IMG/VR virus record: IMGVR_UViG_3300037424_002632
Span: 1 to 45,016 of that record
DNA: 45,016 nucleotides
Source: a virus
Taxonomy: Duplodnaviria > Caudoviricetes
Strand: one strand, 5' to 3'
Position 1 is the first letter of the stretch. Each line of letters begins with the position of its first letter. Of this stretch, positions 17,521 to 25,181 are shown in pieces. The position numbers and the translations under genes are program-made. The notes beneath the pieces were generated by a model. It had not been told where the DNA came from. It did no database searches and saw only the letters and a program-made list of their open reading frames with translations.

Positions 17521-17549
17521 AAAATAGCCTTATCAATTTCTATACTCAA
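17521..17549 (-). promoter_or_regulatory. Candidate promoter upstream of packaging genes
   Basis: TTGAGT-17 bp-TATTTT. Confidence 0.4.
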
Positions 17550-17552
17550 TCA

Positions 17553-17778
17553 GCCACTATCAGTCACTCATACCGTCACTATATAAATACCTTTAATCTC
17601 TACATATTCTTATCTTTAGTGACACAGTGACTCTTATTTTAGTAAAGTGAAGCTGGGTCATATAGTGAGCAACGATTTACCTTTTTCTGTGTCACTGCGT
17701 CACTCGCCGTTGCTATTAATAATAATCTCAATCACTTACTTAGTGACCGATTGAGTGACGCATAGTGACTGTAGTTAC
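17553..17778. repeat. Iteron array / candidate replication origin
   Basis: Nine exact GTCACT/AGTGAC hexamers flanking AT-rich spacers, directly downstream of primase-helicase. Confidence 0.8.
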
Positions 17779-17783
17779 CCCCA

Positions 17784-20033
17784 TCATTCAACCGTCTTCA
17801 AACCAACGCCACGCCAGAACCGGCGGCCGCCGGTGCCCCGATCCCGCTTGAATCCCCGCTCTGCCAGGCACCGGCCGAAGCTCTGTTGCTTCAGGATCTC
17901 CTTCTCCCGCATGGCTGAATCCTCACAGAAAGCGGTATAGGCCGCATAGAGATCACTGGCCGTGGCTGTCAGACCCGGCCCCAACAGACACTTCTCCGCC
18001 AGAAAACCGGCGAGGTCATCCATCTCGGCCCGATAGTCGGCCGTGGCCGCCAGGACCTCCTCCGGCACATCCAACCCCCCCTGCTGCCAGGCCAGGCAGC
18101 CCTGGACCATCCAGTTTAAAATACCGGCCCCCTCGGCCTCAAGCTTGTCCCGCAGCCGCTTGTCCCGCTCCTCCTTGGGGATCTGCACCGTAAACTCGAC
18201 GAACATGATCCGCCGCCAGATGGCATCGTCCGCCCCCTTGATCACCGGCTTATTGTTGGTGCTCAGCCACAATTTGAATTGCGGCGTAAAGTCGAAGTGC
18301 TCGGCATAGAGAAACCGGGCTGTCACCACATCCCGCCCGGTGAGTTCCTTCACCAGGCTCTCGGCCAGACGCCGGCCCCGGTCCACCTCCGCCGCGGTGA
18401 CAAAGCGCGGCCCGTCCAGCCGGGCCACATCCGTGGGGATCTCCCCTCCGCTCTTCTTGATGAGCAGGGTCTCCACCGGCGTGTTCCGGGCATAGTCCCC
18501 CAGGATGTGGCTCACCGTGTTCACCAGGGTACTCTTGCCGTTGGCCCCACCCCCCCAGAGCATGAACAGGCACTCCTCCTCGCAGCTCCCCGTCAGGCTG
18601 TACCCCAGGCTGCGCTGCAGGAACCCCACCATACGGTCGGCCGAGGCCGGCTTGGCGTACACATCCATGATCTGGTAGAGGAACTTCTCCCACAGCTCAT
18701 AATCCGCCTTGGGGTCATAATCCACCGGGGCATAGCGGCTGATCAGATCCTCCCGGCGGTGCTCCCGCAGCTCCCCGGTAGTCAGGTCTATCGTGCCGTT
18801 GGCGCAGGTAAGAAGCCAGGGGTTGGCGTTCATCTCGCCCGGCGCCACCGGCACCCCGGGCTCGCTCTGGGCCAGCCGGATCATGGAGAGAATCTTGTCC
18901 CGGGACTCGCTCCGGAAGGCATGGCCCGAGATTGCCTTCCGCCGGTCCCCATCCCGCTCCCGGCCAGCCTCCAGGTAAATCCCCGCCACCGTCCGCTTGG
19001 CCCGGCGCTCCACCTCTCCGGAGGCGTCCACCTCCCAGAATTTGCCGTTCCACCAGTACCACTTCTTGGCCAGGTGGCAGTACCGCAGGTCCTGGCCCTG
19101 GGTTGCCACCAGCCGCCGGGCGTTCCCCAGGTCGGTCAGAGAGAAGTTGGACACCACCACCGGGGGCGGCGGCGGCACGGTCCGGGCTTTTTTTTTCAGG
19201 TCCTCCACCAGGGCCTTGATGTCCTGCCCCTGGAGATACAACTCGCTCAGATCTTTCCCCGCCGGCGGCGCCGGGATTACCCGCACCTCCGGCAGGATAG
19301 CCGCCACCTTGCCCGGCAGTTTGTCGGCGTCCGGCTCCTGCCAGAGATAAAAGACGACCGTTTCGTCTTCCAAGATCTTGCAGGCCTTGAAATTTTCCTT
19401 GCCGGGAATCCCCAGGGCCGGAATCTTGTGGAACCAGCAGGTGAGGGCGTCCGATTCCCCCTCCACCAGCAGGCACCAGCCGGCCTTGCGGATTCCTGCC
19501 AGCCACTGCAGGCCATAGAGCTGGGCCTTGTCGCCCCGGCGGTAACGGAACTTGTTGGGCTTGGGACTGCCGTAACGCAGCCGCACCGCCTGAATCTTGC
19601 CGTCCGGGTCAGGGTAGGGAAAGGCCACCGCCAGGGTGCCCCCCCGGCTGCGGTGCTCTCCCACCCCCATCTTTTCCAGGAATTCCCGGGGCAGGCGCTT
19701 GGCCCGGGCAAATTCCTCCAGGGTCAGGCTGAGAAATTCGGTTTTCGGCTCAGCCTCCACTCCGGCCTGAGCCGCCAGGGCCGCCAGGGCCGCCTTGAAA
19801 TCGCAACCATGGCGCTGCTGATAAAAATGAAACACATCGCCGGCCGCCTCGCAGGCGAAGCACTTGAACCGTCCATCCTTCAGATTGACCGATAGTGACG
19901 GGTTATGGTCATCATGGAACACACAACGGGCCAAGGCGTTGTCGCCCCGGGGCTTCCCCAACTCCCCCAACTCCCCCCGGTAAAACGCCTCAAAACTCAG
20001 GCGGTCCAATATCTTGTCTTTCAGGCTTTGCAA
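17784..20033 (-). CDS. DNA primase-helicase (CHC2 zinc finger, TOPRIM, D5/P4-type SF3 helicase)
   Basis: CVFHDDHNPS..FKCFAC, LVEGESDA, TDLGNARRL, GGGANGKST and AIWRRI motifs. Confidence 0.95.
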   Translation of the reverse strand: MQSLKDKILDRLSFEAFYRGELGELGKPRGDNALARCVFHDDHNPSLSVNLKDGRFKCFACEAAGDVFHFYQQRHGCDFKAALAALAAQAGVEAEPKTEFLSLTLEEFARAKRLPREFLEKMGVGEHRSRGGTLAVAFPYPDPDGKIQAVRLRYGSPKPNKFRYRRGDKAQLYGLQWLAGIRKAGWCLLVEGESDALTCWFHKIPALGIPGKENFKACKILEDETVVFYLWQEPDADKLPGKVAAILPEVRVIPAPPAGKDLSELYLQGQDIKALVEDLKKKARTVPPPPPVVVSNFSLTDLGNARRLVATQGQDLRYCHLAKKWYWWNGKFWEVDASGEVERRAKRTVAGIYLEAGRERDGDRRKAISGHAFRSESRDKILSMIRLAQSEPGVPVAPGEMNANPWLLTCANGTIDLTTGELREHRREDLISRYAPVDYDPKADYELWEKFLYQIMDVYAKPASADRMVGFLQRSLGYSLTGSCEEECLFMLWGGGANGKSTLVNTVSHILGDYARNTPVETLLIKKSGGEIPTDVARLDGPRFVTAAEVDRGRRLAESLVKELTGRDVVTARFLYAEHFDFTPQFKLWLSTNNKPVIKGADDAIWRRIMFVEFTVQIPKEERDKRLRDKLEAEGAGILNWMVQGCLAWQQGGLDVPEEVLAATADYRAEMDDLAGFLAEKCLLGPGLTATASDLYAAYTAFCEDSAMREKEILKQQSFGRCLAERGFKRDRGTGGRRFWRGVGLKTVE

Positions 20034-20054
20034 GGGGACTCCCGGGTATGAAAA

Positions 20055-20660
20055 TCAGAGGGTTTGCTGGCCTAACATCGCCAGCATCCGTTCTATTTCC
20101 GCCGCCAAATCAGTCAGGCTGTCATTATTGACAATCCGGAAATCCCACCCCTCCCAGCCGTCCAGATCAACCTCCGACACATGCCCCGGAATCCCGGTAG
20201 CACAGGCTTCCAGCCTGTGGTCCTTATTGTTTTCCTGCCTGTGGACCTTATCGCGCCGCAGGCGCACCAGCACCGCCCCCATGGCCTTCAACGCCGCTGC
20301 CTCATCCCGGAAGCGGAGGTCGGTGACCACTATGGGGTGCTGGCCGTTCTCGGCCAGGAAACCCAGGATCTCCCAGCGCAGGTTCCAGATCCACACTTCT
20401 GGCCAGACTGCCCTGAAGGCGGAGCCGAAGTGTTGCAGGCACCACCGGGGCGATTTGCCGCACCGGGGATCGACAACCTCCTTGCCGAAGACCATCTGCT
20501 CATCGGTGAAGTGAAAGGCAGTCTGCACCACCTCTTTCAAGGCCCCGGCAAAGGCGAACTGCGCGTATCCATGCGCCCCGGCCAGGTAGTCGCCCACGGT
20601 GCTCTTGCCGGACCCGGCCTTGCCGGAGAGGCCGATCAACAATGGCTTCCTATCCATCAA
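20055..20660 (-). CDS. Deoxynucleoside monophosphate kinase
   Basis: IGLSGKAGSGKST P-loop, FAGALKE, PRWCLQHFG, VVTDLRFRDE, HVSE; contains an in-frame REP. Confidence 0.88.
   Translation of the reverse strand: MMDRKPLLIGLSGKAGSGKSTVGDYLAGAHGYAQFAFAGALKEVVQTAFHFTDEQMVFGKEVVDPRCGKSPRWCLQHFGSAFRAVWPEVWIWNLRWEILGFLAENGQHPIVVTDLRFRDEAAALKAMGAVLVRLRRDKVHRQENNKDHRLEACATGIPGHVSEVDLDGWEGWDFRIVNNDSLTDLAAEIERMLAMLGQQTL
20197..20219 (+). repeat. REP-like palindrome inside the kinase gene
   Basis: GTAG CACAGGC TTCCA GCCTGTG GTCC. Confidence 0.88.
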
Positions 20661-20994
20661 ATTTCCCCTCCCGCTTCGCCTGCCAGTAGATGGCCATCAC
20701 CGCCCGGTAGTAACCTTCGCTGAAGGCGGTGTTATACCGCCGCAGCACCCGCCGCTTGTCGGCTCCCCGCAGCGCCCGGACCCCCACCTCGATGTTAGTG
20801 GCCGGATCGTCTATATCCCATTTTGCCCGGAAACATTTGGCGATTCCCATGGGACCGATGAATCTACCTGATTTTCCAAGAGGACCGCATTTTAGGCGAG
20901 ACTCAATGGTGGCCACCGCAACACAAAAGTCAGGGTCGGCACCATATTGAGCAGAGTAAATATGAATCAATAAAATAATTAACGCCTTAGACAT
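20650..20994 (-). CDS. Lytic transglycosylase (SLT-like)
   Basis: AVATIES catalytic Glu motif, GPMGI, NIEVGVRAL, RYN. Confidence 0.78.
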   Translation of the reverse strand: MSKALIILLIHIYSAQYGADPDFCVAVATIESRLKCGPLGKSGRFIGPMGIAKCFRAKWDIDDPATNIEVGVRALRGADKRRVLRRYNTAFSEGYYRAVMAIYWQAKREGKFDG

Positions 20995-21619
20995 CAGTAT
21001 TTATTCTTTTGCGCCAATCTTCCGTAAATTGACGGGCGCACTCTTTATGATAATAACGGAATTGTCCACTCCTATTTTTACCTTTTCTTTCTTTTATCAT
21101 TAAATGTTCTGGGGCATCATGCTTCTTACAATAAGGGCATCTTAACCAGTTTGCATGACCACACGCTAAAAAAGCCCGGGTTCTTTGCTCGATAAACATA
21201 TGATAGGGCGATTGTGGGGCGACCGGCATGTCTATGAGCTCCGGCCCAGGACCTAATTTACCCTCCAAGTGGGGAACCGCCTGGTCATCATTTGCCGCCA
21301 TTTCCGGTAAAGACCGGGTCTGTCCAGTAATTTGCGGAATTGTCTCGTTTTGTTCTATTACTTGACGATTTTTCGGTAAAAGTGGCGTCGGCTTGACAAC
21401 CGACTGCCCCGCCGGCTGTTCCAGGATCACCAATTCCCGGCCCTGGCAACCCAGGCAATGCTCCATGGGGCCGAGCAGGGCCTGGGGGTATTTATCCCGC
21501 AGGCCCTTGACCCGGGCCAGGTTGCCCTCACACGGGGCGCGCAGGTGTTTGCTACGCAGCCGGGGGCAGCGGTAGGACAGGAATGGCTCGGGGTGGCCGG
21601 CACCAGCCTCAGGACTCAT
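20987..21619 (-). CDS. Hypothetical protein with C-terminal zinc-finger domain shared with HNH at 27131
   Basis: YHMFIEQRTRAFLACGHANWLRCPYCKKHD; start uncertain (MSPEAG chosen). Confidence 0.55.
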   Translation of the reverse strand: MSPEAGAGHPEPFLSYRCPRLRSKHLRAPCEGNLARVKGLRDKYPQALLGPMEHCLGCQGRELVILEQPAGQSVVKPTPLLPKNRQVIEQNETIPQITGQTRSLPEMAANDDQAVPHLEGKLGPGPELIDMPVAPQSPYHMFIEQRTRAFLACGHANWLRCPYCKKHDAPEHLMIKERKGKNRSGQFRYYHKECARQFTEDWRKRINTDV

Positions 21620-21902
21620 CCCGCCCCCATTTGGCCGCCCGGCCCCGCAGGGTGATGAGCCCCGCCGCCGCCTCGCACATGGCATGGTACGGGTACACCT
21701 GCCCCAACACCGGTGGCGCAGGCGTCCCGCCTGCGGTCCTCTTGCTTTTCATCGCCTCCAGGTAGGCTTCCTTTACCATTGTCATGGCCACGCTGGTCTC
21801 CCCCAGGCAAAAATCCAGCCAGGCCAGGGCCTCGGGCAGATCGGGCGCCTTACTCATGCCAGTGGCACAGGCTTCCAGCCTGTGGTCCTTATCGTTGTTC
21901 AA
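21609..21902 (-). CDS. Hypothetical protein containing two REPs
   Basis: Fills the gap in the minus-strand operon; start uncertain. Confidence 0.45.
   Translation of the reverse strand: MNNDKDHRLEACATGMSKAPDLPEALAWLDFCLGETSVAMTMVKEAYLEAMKSKRTAGGTPAPPVLGQVYPYHAMCEAAAGLITLRGRAAKWGRDES
21713..21735 (+). repeat. REP-like palindrome
   Basis: GTGG CGCAGGC GTCCC GCCTGCG GTCC. Confidence 0.85.
21862..21884 (+). repeat. REP-like palindrome
   Basis: GTGG CACAGGC TTCCA GCCTGTG GTCC. Confidence 0.88.
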
Positions 21903-22305
21903 CCTGCACTCCCCTCATCCTTTCCCGCGCCTCAAATTCCCGGTCATAATGGTGAACGCCCTCCCGGTAGTCGTGATCCGGGCAGGCGATCTTTCCACAG
22001 GCCTCATTGATGAAATCAATGGGAGAACAATCTTCGCAGACTTTGATCAGCAGCAGAAAGGCGTATAAGGAAGGCCGAGAATCGGGCTGGTTTGGGTTGG
22101 CCCACTGGTAAAGCAGACTATCAGAACACTTTTTCACCCCGGCACCCTTAAGTGCGGCTGCCACCCGAGAGATATCCCGACCCACAAGCAAGTCTCTCAC
22201 CAAATAGCTGATGGATTGGTTGAGGTCTTTCCAAAAATCCTTGTCGAAACAGGGGTACAATTTTTTTTGCAATGACATTGCTAAATTAGCCCGTATTTTT
22301 TGCAA
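21889..22305 (-). CDS. CII-like phage regulatory protein
   Basis: SLLYQWANPNQPDSRPS...LLIKVCEDCSPIDFINEACG pattern; downstream of cro-like gene; start uncertain. Confidence 0.6.
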   Translation of the reverse strand: MQKIRANLAMSLQKKLYPCFDKDFWKDLNQSISYLVRDLLVGRDISRVAAALKGAGVKKCSDSLLYQWANPNQPDSRPSLYAFLLLIKVCEDCSPIDFINEACGKIACPDHDYREGVHHYDREFEARERMRGVQVEQR

Positions 22306-22396
22306 TCAATGGTCAAAAAAAATAAAACCCGATAACCACGCGGGTTTCGAGCCGGTCAGTTTTGGATTGTTGCCGGGAGAGACCGGGCTTATCCTC

Positions 22397-22690
22397 TCAA
22401 CCATGCGACACCTCAGCCCCGGTAGCACCGGCGTCCCCAGTGGCGCAGGCGTCCCCGCCTGCGGTCCTTACGCTTTCCCCAAACAGCTCCTCTACCGGCA
22501 GCCCCAGAAACCCGGCGATCTTGGTGCGCACCGCCGGGTTGACCCGGTTGCCGTACACCACCCCGGCCACCGTGCCGTAGGCTTCGCCAATCGCCAGGGC
22601 CAGCGAAGTCATGTTCATCCTCCGGCCCCGGCTGTCCTGGCGCTGCGCCAACAACTCCTTGATCCTGAATTCCGGCTTCAACTTGCTCAT
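22397..22690 (-). CDS. Cro/Ner-like HTH protein; C-terminus REP-derived
   Basis: MTSLALAIGEAYGTVAGVVYGNRVNPAVRTKIAGFLGLPVEELF; GAGGT RBS. Confidence 0.8.
   Translation of the reverse strand: MSKLKPEFRIKELLAQRQDSRGRRMNMTSLALAIGEAYGTVAGVVYGNRVNPAVRTKIAGFLGLPVEELFGESVRTAGGDACATGDAGATGAEVSHG
22422..22463 (+). repeat. Half REP plus full REP-like palindrome
   Basis: GTAGCACCGGCGTCCCCA then GTGG CGCAGGC GTCCCC GCCTGCG GTCC. Confidence 0.85.
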
Positions 22691-22719
22691 GCTTACCTCT
22701 GTATTATCCGTTCCATTTG

Positions 22720-22728
22720 TGCTATAGT
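22720..22728 (+). promoter_or_regulatory. Extended -10 promoter pointing toward the repressor gene
   Basis: TGC-TATAGT. Confidence 0.5.
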
Positions 22729-22835
22729 GCCGGGCAATATAAAAACCCTTCCGGCCCGGTCCAGTCTTGGCGGGCGGCGCCGGGCCGGAAGGCCAACATC
22801 AACCCGCACCCATACGGATGCCGGAGGCGTTGCTT

Positions 22836-23063
22836 ATGGTGGACCAGGCCTTTGATGTTTTTGGCATCGTGGTTACCGTGCGCACCCGGAAAGGCCGGAC
22901 TCGCGGCTTTTTCGATTGCTCTCATTGTGGCCAAGCCAATCAATTTGATTTTCTGGAGGCCCTCGAGCAGGAAATTATGGTTCAATGCTCGGCCTGCGGC
23001 CGGGATCAAATCAATTGTCTTGACCCTCGCCTCCGGTGGGCCTGGGAGAAGTCTTGTCCCTGA
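22836..23063 (+). CDS. Small zinc-ribbon protein, antisense to the early operon
   Basis: GGAGG RBS 8 nt before ATG; CSHC...CSAC. Confidence 0.6.
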   Translation: MVDQAFDVFGIVVTVRTRKGRTRGFFDCSHCGQANQFDFLEALEQEIMVQCSACGRDQINCLDPRLRWAWEKSCP

Positions 23064-23292
23064 TATCCAGTAAATGGTTACAGGCGATGCGCAGAGTCCC
23101 GGCCATCAACTGCAAAAAGGCAATATCCCGGGCGCCGATTTCTCCAGTCCGGTGGCGCATAATCCCCTGGAGCCTGTCCAGGCAGTCAAGCTGCGCCATT
23201 ATGGCGGGCAAATCGTCCAGGCCATATTCCCAGACGATCTTGGCCTTTTCGCCGTCCGGCATCAACCGGGGGCATTTTATGACTTCTGCCAT
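23011..23292 (-). CDS. Hypothetical protein, first gene of leftward early operon
   Basis: AAGGAGG RBS before MAEVIKCPRL. Confidence 0.7.
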   Translation of the reverse strand: MAEVIKCPRLMPDGEKAKIVWEYGLDDLPAIMAQLDCLDRLQGIMRHRTGEIGARDIAFLQLMAGTLRIACNHLLDIRDKTSPRPTGGEGQDN

Positions 23293-23397
23293 GCGCGCCT
23301 CCTTGAAGAACTTGCCCGGCTGGCCACGGCCCCGGGGTTTTGACGGCCCCGATGGGGCGGCCCTGGACCCAGGGACCAGCCGGGACTTACTGAGAAC

Positions 23398-23428
23398 AGG
23401 ATAATACACGCATACACGTGCAAGTCAA
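23398..23428 (-). promoter_or_regulatory. Leftward early promoter with putative operator
   Basis: TTGACT-16 bp-TATTAT; shares GTATGCRTGTATTATCCT with the promoter at 24276. Confidence 0.78.
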
Positions 23429-23454
23429 GGTTTTATCACGTGGTCAAATATTTT

Positions 23455-23883
23455 ATGAACGAAAAACTTTTTTCGACCGCAGGCTTTATTTTGAGAATAA
23501 GATCCCTTATGGAAAGGGAAGGGATTGACCATTGGAATAAATTTGAGGCCGAAATCGGCATGCGAGGAGCCGGGAGTCGCTGGAAATCAGGCAAAGATAA
23601 GCCGACCCCGGACAGTCTCCTAAAAATTAGAAAACGGTTTAATGTTTCGATAGATTGGCTTCTCACCGGGAAAGGGTCAGGACCCCCAACTGCGCCGCTT
23701 GAAACATCTCTGCTCATTAAAACCTTGACTGTGGTGGAAGAATTCTTAAATGAAGAACGAAAGGAACTCCTGCCGGAGCAAAAGGCCCGGCTGATTGACC
23801 GGATCTTCAATGACTGTGCCGAAGACCGGAGCGAACCTGACATTAAAATGGTAAAACGATATTATTCGGTCATGACTCCATGA
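23455..23883 (+). CDS. Phage repressor (CI-like, XRE HTH)
   Basis: SRWKSGKDKPTPDSLLKIRKRFNVSIDWLLTGKG; divergent from early operon; no S24 autocleavage domain. Confidence 0.85.
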   Translation: MNEKLFSTAGFILRIRSLMEREGIDHWNKFEAEIGMRGAGSRWKSGKDKPTPDSLLKIRKRFNVSIDWLLTGKGSGPPTAPLETSLLIKTLTVVEEFLNEERKELLPEQKARLIDRIFNDCAEDRSEPDIKMVKRYYSVMTP

Positions 23884-23897
23884 TCCGGGAGGCCCCC

Positions 23898-24185
23898 ATG
23901 AAAAAAAAATGTTTTACAGTTGTATTCGTGCTTATCATCTTAATGGGCTGTGCAACTACTCTGCCCAAGGTACCGATAACATCCCTGAATGATGATGAAT
24001 TATTGCGATATTATTATTCTTTAAACGACAATATCGCTGCAAAAGACCGGTTAGAATCCGGCTATAGAAATACTGAATCGATTTTTTCTTTAAATAGCGC
24101 CATAGCGAAAAGCGATGGCGATGATCTAAGAAAAGAAAGAATCAATGCCACTATGGAACTGCGGAAAAGGGGGATAAGCCCATAA
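23898..24185 (+). CDS. Lipoprotein co-transcribed with repressor
   Basis: MKKK plus hydrophobic core plus LMGC lipobox; GGAGG RBS; low GC. Confidence 0.8.
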   Translation: MKKKCFTVVFVLIILMGCATTLPKVPITSLNDDELLRYYYSLNDNIAAKDRLESGYRNTESIFSLNSAIAKSDGDDLRKERINATMELRKRGISP

Positions 24186-24208
24186 TCTAATTAATTAAAT
24201 TAGATTAT
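24182..24208. repeat. AT-rich inverted repeat
   Basis: ATAATCTAATT-AATTA-AATTAGATTAT (11 bp arms). Confidence 0.7.
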
Positions 24209-24214
24209 TTTCCC

Positions 24215-24243
24215 AAAGGCGGCCCGTGGGCCGCCTTTTTTTT
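24215..24243 (+). terminator. Intrinsic terminator of repressor operon
   Basis: AAAGGCGGCCC-GT-GGGCCGCC followed by T8. Confidence 0.88.
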
Positions 24244-24275
24244 CCTCATAAAAACACGTATACGATATTTTTCTC

Positions 24276-24306
24276 TTGACACATTCTCGTATGCATGTAT
24301 TATCCT
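24276..24306 (+). promoter_or_regulatory. Rightward early promoter with putative operator
   Basis: TTGACA-16 bp-TATTAT; ATG at 24311 follows without an RBS (probably leaderless). Confidence 0.8.
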
Positions 24307-24310
24307 TTCC

Positions 24311-24568
24311 ATGACCATCGCAGACCGCATCGCCACCCTGGAGCGCCTGGAGCGGCAAGATTTACCCGAGCTCGGGTTGAAGACCCTGGCCCGTGCCCAC
24401 CCTTGCCCCTGGGTCTTTTGCCGCATGCGTTTTATAAATTGGACTACAAATTCTCTTAACCTTATCAATCTATTGGGTAAAACATCGCGCTATCCAATTC
24501 CCTGCCCGCAGCTTTTTTGCCAGATGGTGGCAAATCAGATAAGGGCAAAAGGAATATTCAATGCCTAA
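24311..24568 (+). CDS. Hypothetical protein
   Basis: First ORF after promoter; overlaps ligase start. Confidence 0.6.
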   Translation: MTIADRIATLERLERQDLPELGLKTLARAHPCPWVFCRMRFINWTTNSLNLINLLGKTSRYPIPCPQLFCQMVANQIRAKGIFNA

Positions 24569-25181
24569 GGGCCTCTGCCAAGTTAGCCCCGATTGCCAAT
24601 ATTTTTACCCCGAGCAGCCGCGGCGCCCGGAAGACGGCCTGGCCCTCTTAGACCAACTGAGCCCCGACCCGGACTGGGTGGCGGAACCGAAATACAACGG
24701 CAACCGCCTGCAACTCTATGGTTTCGATGGGGACTGGCAGTTTTGGAACCGCCACGGCAGCCGCATGGCCTACGTTCCCAGCCCGGAGCTGCTCACCGCC
24801 TTGAATCATCTGAAGTTGGAGGGCCTGTGGCACTTCGACGGCGAACTGCGCCACAACAAGGTCAAGGGCACTCGCCATCAGATCGTGCTCTATGATCTTT
24901 TCATCGCCGATGGCGAATTCCTGATCATGCCCGATTTCGGCACCCGCCGGGCGGTCCTGGAAACTTTGATTGGCGACCACCTCACCGGCCCCTTGAGTCT
25001 GGCTCCCCAATTTACCACTTCCTTCCGCCGGGTCTTCCAGGAATTGCGCCAAGATAAAGAATTGGAGGGGCTGGTTTTAAAAAATCTCCGGGGCGAGCGG
25101 CAATTGAGCCCGTACTGCGGGACGCCAAGCCGCTGGATGTGGAAGATTAAATATTTAAAGGAGGCTCCCACTGATGCCTAA
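24561..25181 (+). CDS. ATP-dependent ligase-family nucleotidyltransferase, adenylation domain only
   Basis: Motifs I EPKYNGNR, III FDGEL, IIIa LYDLF, IV LEGLVLK, V MWKIK; ends 9 aa after motif V. Confidence 0.85.
   Translation: MPKGLCQVSPDCQYFYPEQPRRPEDGLALLDQLSPDPDWVAEPKYNGNRLQLYGFDGDWQFWNRHGSRMAYVPSPELLTALNHLKLEGLWHFDGELRHNKVKGTRHQIVLYDLFIADGEFLIMPDFGTRRAVLETLIGDHLTGPLSLAPQFTTSFRRVFQELRQDKELEGLVLKNLRGERQLSPYCGTPSRWMWKIKYLKEAPTDA

Noticed and set aside
22722-23009. Minus-strand 95-aa ORF
   Set aside because: Weak start, no motif; the plus-strand ORF has RBS, promoter and zinc-ribbon motif. Not fully excluded.
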